Part shown: positions 19,639 through 28,875 of the stretch, in pieces
Layout of the letters: each line of letters starts with the position of its first letter
How positions within the stretch are numbered: the stretch's first letter is position 1
NCBI GenBank assembly: GCA_964196195.1
Contig: CAXMSE010000027.1
Location: 20,775 to 84,774, forward strand
Source: an uncultured Gammaproteobacteria bacterium
GTDB lineage: Bacteria > Actinomycetota > Acidimicrobiia > Acidimicrobiales > Aldehydirespiratoraceae
Length of the DNA: 64,000 nt
Direction of reading: 5' to 3'
Translations under genes and position numbers: made by a program
Notes under the pieces: model-generated
The model's database searches: none
The model's input: the letters and a program-made list of their open reading frames with translations, nothing else
What the model was told of the DNA's origin: nothing

Positions 19639-21066
19639 ATGCAGACCCAGATGCTCATCGGTGGAGAATGGCGCGACGGGAGCGACGCAGAACGCATCCC
19701 CGTTCTCAATCCTGCCACCGGCGAGGTGATCGCCGAGGTGGCCGCGGGCACACCTGCCGATGCCGTCGCGGCGGTTGATGCGGCCGAAGAAGCTCAGAAG
19801 AGCTGGGCTGGCACCGCTCCGAGAGTGAGATCAGAGGTGCTGCGGAGCTGCTTTGAGACCCTGATCGACCACACCGACGAACTCGCTCGGCTCATCACCA
19901 CCGAGCATGGCAAGCCTCTCGCCGACTCCAAGGCTGAGGTGACGTACGCAGCGGAGTTCTTCCGTTGGAACTCCGAGGAGGCGGTGCGTATCGAGGGCAC
20001 GATCAAGACCGCTCCCAACGGGCTCCACAAGATGATCGTCCATCACCAACCGGTGGGTGTGGTGGTGATGGTCACTCCCTGGAACTTCCCCGCGGCGATG
20101 ATCACCCGCAAGGTGGCGCCTGCCCTCGCCGCCGGCAACGCCGCGGTCATCAAGCCTCCCAAGCAGACTCCGTTCACCGCGCTTCGGGTCGCCGAACTGC
20201 TCGAGGAGGCGGGAGTGCCGGCTGGACTGGTCAATGTGGTGCCCACCGCCAACTCGGGTGCCTGGTTCGAGGCGGCCACCGATCAACGGGCGGTTCGCAT
20301 GGTTTCGTTCACGGGATCCACCGAGGTGGGTCGGGTCCTGTTGAAGCGCTGCGCCGACCGGGTTCTCAAGGCCGGCATGGAACTCGGCGGCAATGCCCCA
20401 TTTGTCGTGTTCGCCGACGCCAACATGGACGACGCGGTGGAGGGCGCGATGACGGCCAAGATGCGCCATTCCGCTGAGGCGTGCACGGCGGCCAACCGGC
20501 TGTTCGTTGAAGCGTCCATCGCCGATGAGTTCACCGCTCGACTCGCGGTGGCCATGGGCGCCATGAAGGTCGGCAACGGGATGGAGGAGGGCGTGGCCTG
20601 CGGGCCGATGATCAACGCCGGAGCCATCGAGACCATCGATTCGCTCGTGAAGAGCGCCATCGGCGCGGGCGCCTCCACTGCGGTCGGCGGCGCCCCGATC
20701 GATGGTCCCGGGTTCTTCTATCAGCCCACCGTGTTGGGCGGTGTATCGATGGAGTCGCCCATCACTCGAGAGGAGATCTTCGGCCCCGTGGCCCCCGTCA
20801 TCCCCTTCACCGATACCGATCAGATGGTCGACTGGGCCAACGACACGGAGATGGGCTTGGCCGCCTATGTGTTTTCCGGCGATGTTGCTCGGGCCATGGC
20901 GGTGGGGGAGCGCATCCATGCCGGCGTCGTTGGTATCAATCGCGGGGCGATGTCTGATCCGTCGGCTCCGTTCGGCGGCATGAAGCAGAGCGGCCTGGGT
21001 CGAGAGGGCGCCCACGAGGGCATCTTCGAGTTCTGCGAAACCCAATACATCGCCGCCGCGTGGTAG
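19639..21066 (+). CDS. gabD: NAD(P)-dependent succinate-semialdehyde dehydrogenase / aldehyde dehydrogenase
   Basis: ALDH motifs VTPWNFP, FTGSTEVG, MELGGNAP (catalytic Glu) and the catalytic-Cys region AEACTAANR. 475 aa. Confidence 0.88.
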   Translation: MQTQMLIGGEWRDGSDAERIPVLNPATGEVIAEVAAGTPADAVAAVDAAEEAQKSWAGTAPRVRSEVLRSCFETLIDHTDELARLITTEHGKPLADSKAEVTYAAEFFRWNSEEAVRIEGTIKTAPNGLHKMIVHHQPVGVVVMVTPWNFPAAMITRKVAPALAAGNAAVIKPPKQTPFTALRVAELLEEAGVPAGLVNVVPTANSGAWFEAATDQRAVRMVSFTGSTEVGRVLLKRCADRVLKAGMELGGNAPFVVFADANMDDAVEGAMTAKMRHSAEACTAANRLFVEASIADEFTARLAVAMGAMKVGNGMEEGVACGPMINAGAIETIDSLVKSAIGAGASTAVGGAPIDGPGFFYQPTVLGGVSMESPITREEIFGPVAPVIPFTDTDQMVDWANDTEMGLAAYVFSGDVARAMAVGERIHAGVVGINRGAMSDPSAPFGGMKQSGLGREGAHEGIFEFCETQYIAAAW

Positions 21067-21132
21067 AGCGCTGAAGCGGGTCCCACTTCGGCCTGCATCT
21101 ATAGCTACAGTCGGGCCATCAACGACGACCCT

Positions 21133-21987
21133 GTGCTTCTCGAGAACGGACAGGCCTTCGATCCGGCGCACTACCCGGATCGACCGATAGCAGTGGACAC
21201 CGAGTCGGGGATCGTCGCGATCGGTGCGCCACGCAGTCGGCGGCACAAGGCCGTTCACGACCTGAAGGCCCCCGATTTCACCTTGCCCGATCTTCGCGGT
21301 GGCCTCACCGCGCTGTCCGACCACCGTCACAAGAAGCGCCTGCTCATCGCCTTCTCCACATGGTGAGGTTGTGCTTTCGATCTGCCAGGTTGGCAGGCAC
21401 TGCAGGATGAGCTCGGGGCCGAGAATCTCCAGATGATCGCGGTGGCCATCGATGAGGACGTGGAGAAGGTGCGCGGGTTCGCCGCCGACATCACCTATCC
21501 CGTGCTGATCGATGCCGATCACCTCCTCACCGAGCTCTACGCCATCTCCAACGTGCCCACAGTGGTGATGATCGATGAGGACGACACGATCGCCTACCCC
21601 AACTGGAGCGCGTTCGGCACCGACACGTTCAAGGACTTCACCGGCATCGATTCTGAGGCTCAGAAGGACCGCATCCGGGCGTGGGTAAACGACGAGATGA
21701 CCCCGATGACCGATACCGACGCGAGAGCCGCGGTGGGTGATCTCAGTGCCGACGAGGAGGCAGCGCGCCTCCATTTCCGGATTGCTGCTCACCTGCGCAT
21801 CGCCGGAGACGCGGCCGGTGCCGAGCGCAACTTCGATCGCGCCGCCGAGCTCGCTCCTCACGACTGGACGATCCGTCGAGCGATGATTCCCCTGCGAGGT
21901 GGAGACCCATTTGGTGAGGAGTTTCTGGCGCTCTACGCCGAGTTCGACGCGGCGGGTAGGCCCTATCACGGTGTCACCGGCTACTGA
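21133..21987 (+). CDS. TlpA/ResA-like thioredoxin-fold redoxin with a C-terminal TPR-like helical tail; in-frame TGA (21364-21366) at the redox motif, candidate selenocysteine
   Basis: Track ORFs 21133..21366 and 21433..21987 share one frame and are separated only by the TGA. Read through, the sequence is APDFTLPDL..KRLLIAFSTW-[TGA]-GCAFDLPGWQALQDEL..LQMIAVAID..YPVLID..NVPTVVMID, a complete thioredoxin fold. Confidence 0.6.
21371..21400 (+). promoter_or_regulatory. SECIS-like stem-loop downstream of the in-frame UGA
   Basis: GTGC-(TTTCGAT)-CTGCCA-GGT-TGGCAG-GCAC. A 6-bp upper stem and a 4-bp lower stem. The apical GGU loop starts 21 nt after the UGA. Confidence 0.4.
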
Positions 21988-22615
21988 GCCCCGCGCGGAG
22001 GATCCGACGAGGGTTCTGGCCCTCGACGGAACGCCGGCTGCTCGATGGCTGAACGTCGCGGTGAAACTCGCGCTCTTCGGGGCGTTCGCGATAGCGGTGA
22101 CCGTTCCTCTCGACGTGCTGGAGGGCAAGGCGATGGGGTTTCGGGCGCCCCTGTTTTTGGCGTCGGCCATCCTGGTCCCGGTGATTGGCCGCCGACGGGG
22201 TTGGACGCCTCATGCCCACGTGGGAGATGCCCTTCTCGCCGCACCGTTCCTGCTCGACACCCTCGGAAACCTGCTGGGCGTATACGACGAGTACCCCATC
22301 ACCGACGACGTCCTCCATGCCGTCAACTGGGTTCTGCTGGTGGCTGCGTTCCACGCCTTCCGCTTTCGTAGCGTCCACGACCGACGCGACGCCATCATGC
22401 TCGGTTATGGGTTCGGGGCCATCGCGATCGTGTGGTGGGAGGCGATGGAATGGCTTGTCTCCGAGGACGGCATCGGTGGGGCCGGCGGACTGGCGCTCAC
22501 GTATGGCGACACGATCGGCGATCTGGTGTTGTCGTCCACCGGCGGCCTCATCGGGTCGTGGCTGGCGGTGCGTTGGCTGGGTCCGAGGGTTCGAGCGTCG
22601 ATCACCAAGGCCTGA
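21971..22615 (+). CDS. integral membrane protein, unknown function
   Basis: The GTG at 21971 overlaps the redoxin stop by 17 nt. About 5-6 TM helices (NVAVKLALFGAFAIAVTV, LFLASAILVPVIG, VNWVLLVAAFHAF, GFGAIAIVWWEAM, LVLSSTGGLIGSWLAV). Confidence 0.55.
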   Translation: MSPATEPRAEDPTRVLALDGTPAARWLNVAVKLALFGAFAIAVTVPLDVLEGKAMGFRAPLFLASAILVPVIGRRRGWTPHAHVGDALLAAPFLLDTLGNLLGVYDEYPITDDVLHAVNWVLLVAAFHAFRFRSVHDRRDAIMLGYGFGAIAIVWWEAMEWLVSEDGIGGAGGLALTYGDTIGDLVLSSTGGLIGSWLAVRWLGPRVRASITKA

Positions 22616-22661
22616 CCGGCTCGTGGTTGGCGTCGCGGCGACGCCCCGCCAGACTCCTCCG

Positions 22662-23129
22662 ATGCATCGACTCGAGACGAAGATTCCCCCCGTGGTCGTC
22701 GGTGCGCTGGCTGCGGTGCTGGGCTGGGGAGTTGGCCGACTCGATCTCGACGGCGCCCCCCTCAACAACACAGCTGGTCGTTTGGTGGGCGTGCTGCTCG
22801 GCCTCGTCGGCGCCGCGATGGGCGCCACAGGGGTGTTGCAGTTTCAACGAGCGGCGACGACGGTGAACCCCCACTCGATTCACCAGGCGTCGAACGTCGT
22901 CTATTCCGGCATCTACCGATTCACCCGCAATCCGATGTACGCCGGCATGCTCCTGCTCGTCGTGGCCTGGTGTGCAGTGCTCGGCACGATCGTGGGTGCA
23001 TTGGCCGCGACGGCCTTCTTCGTGGCCTCGATCACCCGGTTTCAGATCATTCCCGAAGAACGAATGCTCACCGGCAAGTTCGGCGTCGTCTACACCCAAT
23101 ACTGCGGCCGGACCCGCCGCTGGATCTGA
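22662..23129 (+). CDS. isoprenylcysteine carboxyl methyltransferase (ICMT/PEMT) family membrane methyltransferase
   Basis: 155 aa. Has VVYSGIYRFTRNPMYAGMLL and IIPEERMLTGKFG..Y..YCGRTRRWI, hallmark motifs of the ICMT/PEMT family. Confidence 0.8.
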   Translation: MHRLETKIPPVVVGALAAVLGWGVGRLDLDGAPLNNTAGRLVGVLLGLVGAAMGATGVLQFQRAATTVNPHSIHQASNVVYSGIYRFTRNPMYAGMLLLVVAWCAVLGTIVGALAATAFFVASITRFQIIPEERMLTGKFGVVYTQYCGRTRRWI

Positions 23130-23144
23130 GCTCGGCCGAGCGGG

Positions 23145-24236
23145 TCAGAAGTCTTCGTCGAAGCTGACGTCGCCCTCGACACCGATCTGGTAGGCGGAAA
23201 CCTTGCGCTCGAAGAAGTTGGACAGCTCCTGCACGTCTTGGAGTTCCATGAATGCGAACGGGTTGGTGGTGCCGTAACGCTTGGCGACGCCCAACTGCAT
23301 CAGGCGTTGGTCGGCGACGAACTCCAGATACTTGCGGGTGTCGGCGGTGGACATGCCCGGCACCCCTTCACCGAGGAGGTCCTCGGCGAACTGGAACTCG
23401 GCGTCGACAGCATCCTCGATCATGTTGGTGATGCGCTCGGCGAGGTCGTCGTCGAACAGGTGGGGCTGCTCGGCGCGAACCGTCTCGATGACTTCGAAGG
23501 CGAAGTTCATGTGCATCGATTCATCACGGAACACCCAGTTGGTGCCGGCCGCGAGACCGTTGAGCAAGCCCTTCGACCGAAGGAAGTAGACGTAGGCGAA
23601 AGCACCGAAGAAGAAGAGACCCTCGATGCAGGCCGCGAAGCAGATCAAGTTCATCAAGAAGCGCTTGCGGTCGTCGTCGGTCTGCAGAGGACCACTACCG
23701 ACAGACGACATCCACTTGAAGCAGAACTCGGCCTTCTTGCGGATCGCCGGGATGTTCTCGATCGCCGCGAACGCCTCGGCCCGCTCGTCGTGGTCGGGGA
23801 TGTAGTTGTCGAGGAGGTTTAGGTAGAACTGGACGTGCAGCGCCTCTTCGTAGAGCTGCCTCGACAGATACATCCGTGCCTCGGGGGCGTTGATGTGTTC
23901 GTAGAGGTTGAGCACAAGGTTGTTGGCCACGATCGAATCGCCGGTGGCGAAGAAGGCCACCAGGCGGCTGATCATGTGCTTCTCGGCCGGCATGAGCTTG
24001 CGATCGAGATCGGTGAGGTCATCGGCGAAGTCGATTTCTTCCACCGTCCAGGTGTTCTTGATGGCGTCTTTGTACATCTCGAAGAACTGGGGATAGCGCA
24101 TGGGCCGAAGGGTGAGATCGAACCCGGGATCGAGAATGCTCGGGTTGGCGCTGGTGGGCGAGGCGTGATGCCCGAGCGTGCTCGGGTCGTACGACGGAGT
24201 TAGCTTGAGGTCGTCGGCGAGAGCCATCAGTCGCAT
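23145..24236 (-). CDS. nrdB: class I ribonucleotide reductase small (beta, R2) subunit
   Basis: Di-iron ligand motifs FFATGDSIVANN, EEALHVQFY (ExxH with Tyr at +4) and FFGAFAYVYFL..DESMH. The start is either ATG 24236 or ATG 24227; the latter shares the A of the nrdA stop (TGATG). Confidence 0.9.
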   Translation of the reverse strand: MRLMALADDLKLTPSYDPSTLGHHASPTSANPSILDPGFDLTLRPMRYPQFFEMYKDAIKNTWTVEEIDFADDLTDLDRKLMPAEKHMISRLVAFFATGDSIVANNLVLNLYEHINAPEARMYLSRQLYEEALHVQFYLNLLDNYIPDHDERAEAFAAIENIPAIRKKAEFCFKWMSSVGSGPLQTDDDRKRFLMNLICFAACIEGLFFFGAFAYVYFLRSKGLLNGLAAGTNWVFRDESMHMNFAFEVIETVRAEQPHLFDDDLAERITNMIEDAVDAEFQFAEDLLGEGVPGMSTADTRKYLEFVADQRLMQLGVAKRYGTTNPFAFMELQDVQELSNFFERKVSAYQIGVEGDVSFDEDF

Positions 24237-26689
24237 GCCTCACATGATTCGGGGTTTTCCAGCGAGCAGGCGGCGGCCTCTTCGTCGGTGAACTGCTTCT
24301 TGGGTGCCCCGCCTCCACCGCCGTCAGGCGACGGGCCGGAGGCGCCTGAAGCGGTGGTCTTGTTGATGCGGGTGGCGGGACGACTACGCAGGTAGTAGGT
24401 GGTCTTCAGACCGGCCTTCCAGGCGTACATGTACATCGAGGAGAGCTTGCCGATGGTGGGCGACTCCATGAACAGGTTGAGCGACTGGCTCTGGTCGATG
24501 AACGCGCCGCGATCGGCGGCCATCTCGATCAGGGACTTCATGGGGATCTCCCAAGCCGTTCGGTAGATCGATTTGAGGTCTTCGGGGACCCGATCGACTT
24601 CTTGGATCGAGCCTTCGGACTTTTTCACCGCAGCGATCATCTCGGTGTCCCACAGGCCTCGGCTCTGGAGCTCTTTCACCAGATAGCGATTGATCTGCAT
24701 GAACTCGCCCGAGAGGGTTTCGCGCTTGAACAGGTTGGAGACTTGAGGCTCGATGCATTCGTAGCAGCCCGCGATCGAGGCGATGGTGGCCGTGGGGGCG
24801 ATCGCGATCATGAGGGAGTTGCGCAGACCGTGTTTCTCGATGCGCTCACGCAGGGGTGCCCAGCGCTGTTCGTCGGAGGGCTCCACTCCCCAGAGGTCGA
24901 ACTGGAGGTCGCCCGTTGCAGCGCGGGTTTCCGCGAACGCGGCGTGGGGGCCGCTGGCTTCGGCGAGGTCGGTGGATGCCCACAAGGCGTTGAAGTAGAT
25001 CTCTTCGCTGATGCGACGGCTGACATCGCGGGCCACTGGCGAGTCGAAGGGGACGCCCATCTTGAAGAAGACGTCTTGGAGGCCCATGAGGCCGAGGCCG
25101 ATGGGCCGCCACCGGCTGTTGGACACGCCTGCTTCGATGGTGGGGTAGAAGTTGATGTCGACCACGCGGTCGAGGAAGGGCACCACCTGGCGCACGACCT
25201 CGCCGAGGCGCACGTAGTCCATCGCGACGACGCCTTCGGACTCCACCACGAACTCGCCGAGGTTGACCGAGCCCAGGTTGCACACCGCGGTCTCGTCCTG
25301 GCTGGTGACTTCGAGAATCTCGGTGCACAGGTTGGAGAGGTGCACCACACGTTCGCGGGAGTTGCCTTCGCCACCTGACTCGGGGCCGGTCTGGTTGCAC
25401 TTGAGGTTGGACGGATCCTTGAAGGTCATCCAGCCGTTGCCGGTCTCGGCGAGGGTCTTCATCATGCGTTGGTAGAGCTGGCGGGCCGGGATCTGCCTCT
25501 CGTAGCGACTGTCGGCCTCGGCCTGTTCGTAGATCGATCTGAACTCATCGCCGTAGGTGTCGATCAGTTCAGGCACCTTCTTGGGGTCGAACAGGCTCCA
25601 CTGCCAATCCTTTTCGACCCGCTCCATGAACAGGTCGGGGATCCAGTTGGCGAGATTGATGTTGTGGGTGCGACGGGCATGGTCGCCGGTGTTGTCCCTC
25701 AGCTCCAGGAACTGGTCGATGTCGGCATGCCAGGCCTCGAGGTAGACACACGCAGCCCCCTTGCGCCGGCCTCCCTGGTTTACCGCGGCCACCGATGCGT
25801 CGAGGGTCTTGAGCCAGGGCACGATGCCGTTGGACAGGCCGTTGGTGCCGACGATGAGGCTGTTCTTGGAACGGATGCGGTGCCACGCGACGCCGATACC
25901 GCCGGCGAACTTCGAGAGGCGGGCGATGTCGGTGTAGCGCTTGTAGATGCCCTCGAGGGAGTCTTCGGGCGAGTCGAGGAGATAGCAGCTCGACATCTGG
26001 GGATGGGTGGTGCCGGAGTTGAAAAGGGTGGGGCTGGATGCGAGGTAGGCCAGTGACGACATGAGGTCGTAGAAACGGATGGCTTCATCGGGGTTGGTGG
26101 AGAGGCCGCACGCCACCCTCAGGAAGAAGTGCTGGGGAGTCTCGATGACCTTGCGGGTCTCGGGGTGACGCAGCAGGTAGCGGTCGTAGACGGTGCGTAG
26201 GCCGAAGAACTCGAAGTTCTTGTCGCGCTGGCTGTCGATGGCTGCGTTGAGCTCGGGAGCGTGGGTGCTGACGAACTCGAGCACGTCGTCGCTGATGAGG
26301 CCTACGCGGTGTCCGAGGCTGACCGATTCCGAGAACCAGGGAACGTTCTGATTTCGGACTTCCTTGTCGATGTAGATCGCCAGCATCCGAGCGGCGAGCT
26401 TGGAGTAGTTGGGTTCTTCGATGATGAGGCCTGCCGCGGTTCGGATCGACAACTCGTCGAGCTCCTGGGTGGAGGCTCCATCGGCGAGGGCGGCGATCGT
26501 GCGGGTGGAGACGACCATGGGATCGATCCCGAGGAGTCCTTCGCTGGCGCGGGCCACGGCGTTGACGATCTTGTTGACATCGACCGGTTCGAGATTGCCG
26601 TTGCGCTTTCGCACCCGCATCGTGGTGGCTGTCTCGATGGTGGCGGTGTCTTGCTCGACCGCTGAGAGTCGATCCTCCGTTATTGCCAT
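24227..26689 (-). CDS. nrdA: class I ribonucleotide reductase large (alpha, R1) subunit
   Basis: 820 aa from the ATG at 26689. Has an ATP-cone-like N-terminus (VRKRNGNLEPVDVNKI), active-site regions NLCTEI and SNLC.., and a C-terminal CxxC tail (CSLENPESCEACD). Confidence 0.9.
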   Translation of the reverse strand: MAITEDRLSAVEQDTATIETATTMRVRKRNGNLEPVDVNKIVNAVARASEGLLGIDPMVVSTRTIAALADGASTQELDELSIRTAAGLIIEEPNYSKLAARMLAIYIDKEVRNQNVPWFSESVSLGHRVGLISDDVLEFVSTHAPELNAAIDSQRDKNFEFFGLRTVYDRYLLRHPETRKVIETPQHFFLRVACGLSTNPDEAIRFYDLMSSLAYLASSPTLFNSGTTHPQMSSCYLLDSPEDSLEGIYKRYTDIARLSKFAGGIGVAWHRIRSKNSLIVGTNGLSNGIVPWLKTLDASVAAVNQGGRRKGAACVYLEAWHADIDQFLELRDNTGDHARRTHNINLANWIPDLFMERVEKDWQWSLFDPKKVPELIDTYGDEFRSIYEQAEADSRYERQIPARQLYQRMMKTLAETGNGWMTFKDPSNLKCNQTGPESGGEGNSRERVVHLSNLCTEILEVTSQDETAVCNLGSVNLGEFVVESEGVVAMDYVRLGEVVRQVVPFLDRVVDINFYPTIEAGVSNSRWRPIGLGLMGLQDVFFKMGVPFDSPVARDVSRRISEEIYFNALWASTDLAEASGPHAAFAETRAATGDLQFDLWGVEPSDEQRWAPLRERIEKHGLRNSLMIAIAPTATIASIAGCYECIEPQVSNLFKRETLSGEFMQINRYLVKELQSRGLWDTEMIAAVKKSEGSIQEVDRVPEDLKSIYRTAWEIPMKSLIEMAADRGAFIDQSQSLNLFMESPTIGKLSSMYMYAWKAGLKTTYYLRSRPATRINKTTASGASGPSPDGGGGGAPKKQFTDEEAAACSLENPESCEACD

Positions 26690-26784
26690 GTGGCTGCCCC
26701 TGCTCCCGCGCCCAGAACACCTATCGAGGCTTGGTGGCTCTCGGCTGTACCACCGCCTCGCCCCCACGAGAGTGCGGAGTTGCA

Positions 26785-26814
26785 ATTACAGCCGCGTAAT
26801 TACATCAGCGTCAA
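26785..26814 (-). promoter_or_regulatory. putative sigma-70-type promoter of nrdAB
   Basis: On the minus strand: TTGACG, an 18-nt spacer, then TGTAAT. It lies in a locally AT-rich island about 95 nt upstream of the nrdA ATG. Confidence 0.4.
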
Positions 26815-26960
26815 GAGCTACTTCGAACAATCTTCGGATTGTGCTGAAATAAAGGGTTCCTGAAGGCTCATTCGCGCGGAGCGTGGTTGTGATGTAGCAG
26901 CCACACGTGGTGCCCGGTCGGCTTCGTGGCGCTCCTTGTAAATTGCCTAGGCTGGTGGAC

Positions 26961-27437
26961 ATGGGAACCAAGAGCGCGCGACCGAACCCCAACTGGCTCG
27001 ACGACACCGAGCAGCGGGCATGGCGGGGATGGATCGACTCCTCTCGACGCATCCAGACCGCGATCGATCGTCGGCTCAAGGCCGACACCGGATTCACCCT
27101 CGACGACTACGAAGTGCTGGTGCACTTGAGTGAGGCCGTCGATCACCGCATGCGCATGTCTGATCTGGCCGCGGAGATAACCAACTCCCCGAGTCGTCTC
27201 TCTCAACGCATCGACCGCCTCGTTGCCAAGGGTGTCGTGCAGCGCACACGCAGTGGCGACGACCGAAGGGTCTGGTGGGCCCAACTCACACTCGAAGGGT
27301 TCGCCCGGCTCGAGGCGGCCGCGCCGGGCCACGTCGAGGAGGTCAGGCGGGTGTTCATCGACCGGCTCACCGACGTCGAGACCGACTTCCTCGCCGAGCT
27401 GATGCCACGGCTTTCGGCCCTCGACGAGACGCCCTGA
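26961..27437 (+). CDS. MarR family transcriptional regulator
   Basis: Winged-helix region LDDYEVLVHLSEA..RMRMSDLAAEITNSPSRLSQRIDRLVAKGVVQR. Transcribed divergently from nrdAB. Confidence 0.85.
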   Translation: MGTKSARPNPNWLDDTEQRAWRGWIDSSRRIQTAIDRRLKADTGFTLDDYEVLVHLSEAVDHRMRMSDLAAEITNSPSRLSQRIDRLVAKGVVQRTRSGDDRRVWWAQLTLEGFARLEAAAPGHVEEVRRVFIDRLTDVETDFLAELMPRLSALDETP

Positions 27438-27549
27438 ACTCGTGGGCGCGGCGTCTGCGCATCGCGTGCGAGAGGGTCCGCGAGGCGACGCCACCTAGGC
27501 CCAGCGCCCCGAACACATCGAAATTTGGGTTCGTGGTGGACAATCTTTC

Positions 27550-27563
27550 GGCCCGTGTGGGCC
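27550..27563. terminator. possible bidirectional terminator hairpin between convergent genes
   Basis: GGCCC-GTGT-GGGCC flanked by an outer AAATTTGGG/CCCAAATTT inverted repeat and A/T-rich sequence. The stem is short. Confidence 0.3.
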
Positions 27564-27593
27564 CAAATTTCGTCTTGGTGTCGCGGCGGGGAC

Positions 27594-28826
27594 TCAGCCT
27601 GCTGCCGGCTGCAGAACCTCGCGGTTTGGTTCGAGTCTCATCTCCAGCACCGCAATCACGCCGCCCGTCGCAGGGTCGTCGATGATGCTGATCTCACCCG
27701 GATAACGGTCGAGGACAACTATCTGCTGGGTCCATGTGGTATCGGTGACGGTGGGTTCCATCACTTCGATGAACCCCGGATCGAAGAAGTTCTCCTCGCC
27801 CGGCTGGTAGGTGACTCCATCCAGGCCCGTGGAGTAGATCTCTCGCGCCGCTTCCCCGGATCCGGGGTCGAGGCGGTAGGTGTACTCGAGGTCGATGTAG
27901 CGGAGACCTTCATCGGCAGCGAACGAATCGGCCGGCCGATCGCGGGTGGCAAGGCGCAGCTCGATCAACTGAGCACCGGGGGCCACAGGCAAGGCGGCGG
28001 AGAGCTGATCGAGCATCGGGACGGGAACCAGGTCCGGCTCAGACTCGAGGGTGATCTCGATCTCGTACCCGGGTTGTCGGTCGTCGCCGAAGATCATGTC
28101 CTCTTCGGCCCAGACCCGGGCCACTACCGGTGTGGCATCGACTCCTCCCAAAGGGAAGGTGGCGGCGTTGAGCTGGTAGACGAAATTCACCGACTGGGGG
28201 CCGCCGGCTCCGCTGCTCGGGTCGCTTATCACCTGACCGGTATTGCGCCAGCCGAGCGCCTCCATGATGGGGTCGTAGACGAGGCGGGTGTCGATCGTGC
28301 CCGGGCCACCCTCGGGAAGTTCGGCATCGATGTCGCCGATGGCTTGGGACGAGAGTGCCTCATAGCTCCATTCCCATCGCCAGTTGGGCTCGGTGCTGTC
28401 GGCCCGCAAGATCACCGACAGGGTGTGAGGGGTCGAGCCGGCAGGCACGTCGACACTGATCGGGAAGCCGATGATCCGCTGGGCGAGTTCGAGTGGGTCG
28501 CCGGTGCCCTGGCCCCACTCCACGATCAGGCCGGGGATGTCGCCGACATCGACCGTTGGGGGTGGAGCACTGATCGGTGCTGCACTGGTGGTGGTGACGG
28601 TGGTGGACGTGCTCGTGGTGGAGCTCGTCGACGTGCCCTCGGGGTTGTCGGCACCGGTGTCGGTGGGGGAGTCGGCGGCGGGTGGGTCGGTGGTGGAACT
28701 CGTGGACGTCGACGACGAGGTGGTGCTCGAGCTCTCGGTGTTGTCGCCGCCACCACAGGCCGCGGCCATGAGAGCAAGGGAGGCAGCGAGCGCAGCCATG
28801 GTCGGTCGTGATGTGGGGACAGCCAT
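27594..28826 (-). CDS. predicted lipoprotein with a Ser/Thr/Pro-rich linker, unknown function
   Basis: Signal and lipobox-like MAALAASLALMAAAC-GGG, followed by a ~70-aa S/T-rich low-complexity linker and a ~300-aa globular domain. The 428-aa plus-strand ORF opposite is an artefact. Confidence 0.7.
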   Translation of the reverse strand: MAVPTSRPTMAALAASLALMAAACGGGDNTESSSTTSSSTSTSSTTDPPAADSPTDTGADNPEGTSTSSTTSTSTTVTTTSAAPISAPPPTVDVGDIPGLIVEWGQGTGDPLELAQRIIGFPISVDVPAGSTPHTLSVILRADSTEPNWRWEWSYEALSSQAIGDIDAELPEGGPGTIDTRLVYDPIMEALGWRNTGQVISDPSSGAGGPQSVNFVYQLNAATFPLGGVDATPVVARVWAEEDMIFGDDRQPGYEIEITLESEPDLVPVPMLDQLSAALPVAPGAQLIELRLATRDRPADSFAADEGLRYIDLEYTYRLDPGSGEAAREIYSTGLDGVTYQPGEENFFDPGFIEVMEPTVTDTTWTQQIVVLDRYPGEISIIDDPATGGVIAVLEMRLEPNREVLQPAAG

Positions 28827-28875
28827 TAGGGGAACCTACGTCGATGACGCCTTTTCACCATGTCGGGCGAATGGA

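Noticed and set aside
26690-26784. Cobalamin riboswitch or canonical NrdR boxes in the nrdA 5' leader.
   Set aside because: The leader is only about 95 nt, too short for a B12 element, and it lacks a B12-box. None of the palindromes matches the 16-bp NrdR consensus (acaCwAtATaTwGtgt) closely, and their spacing is not the usual ~31-32 bp.
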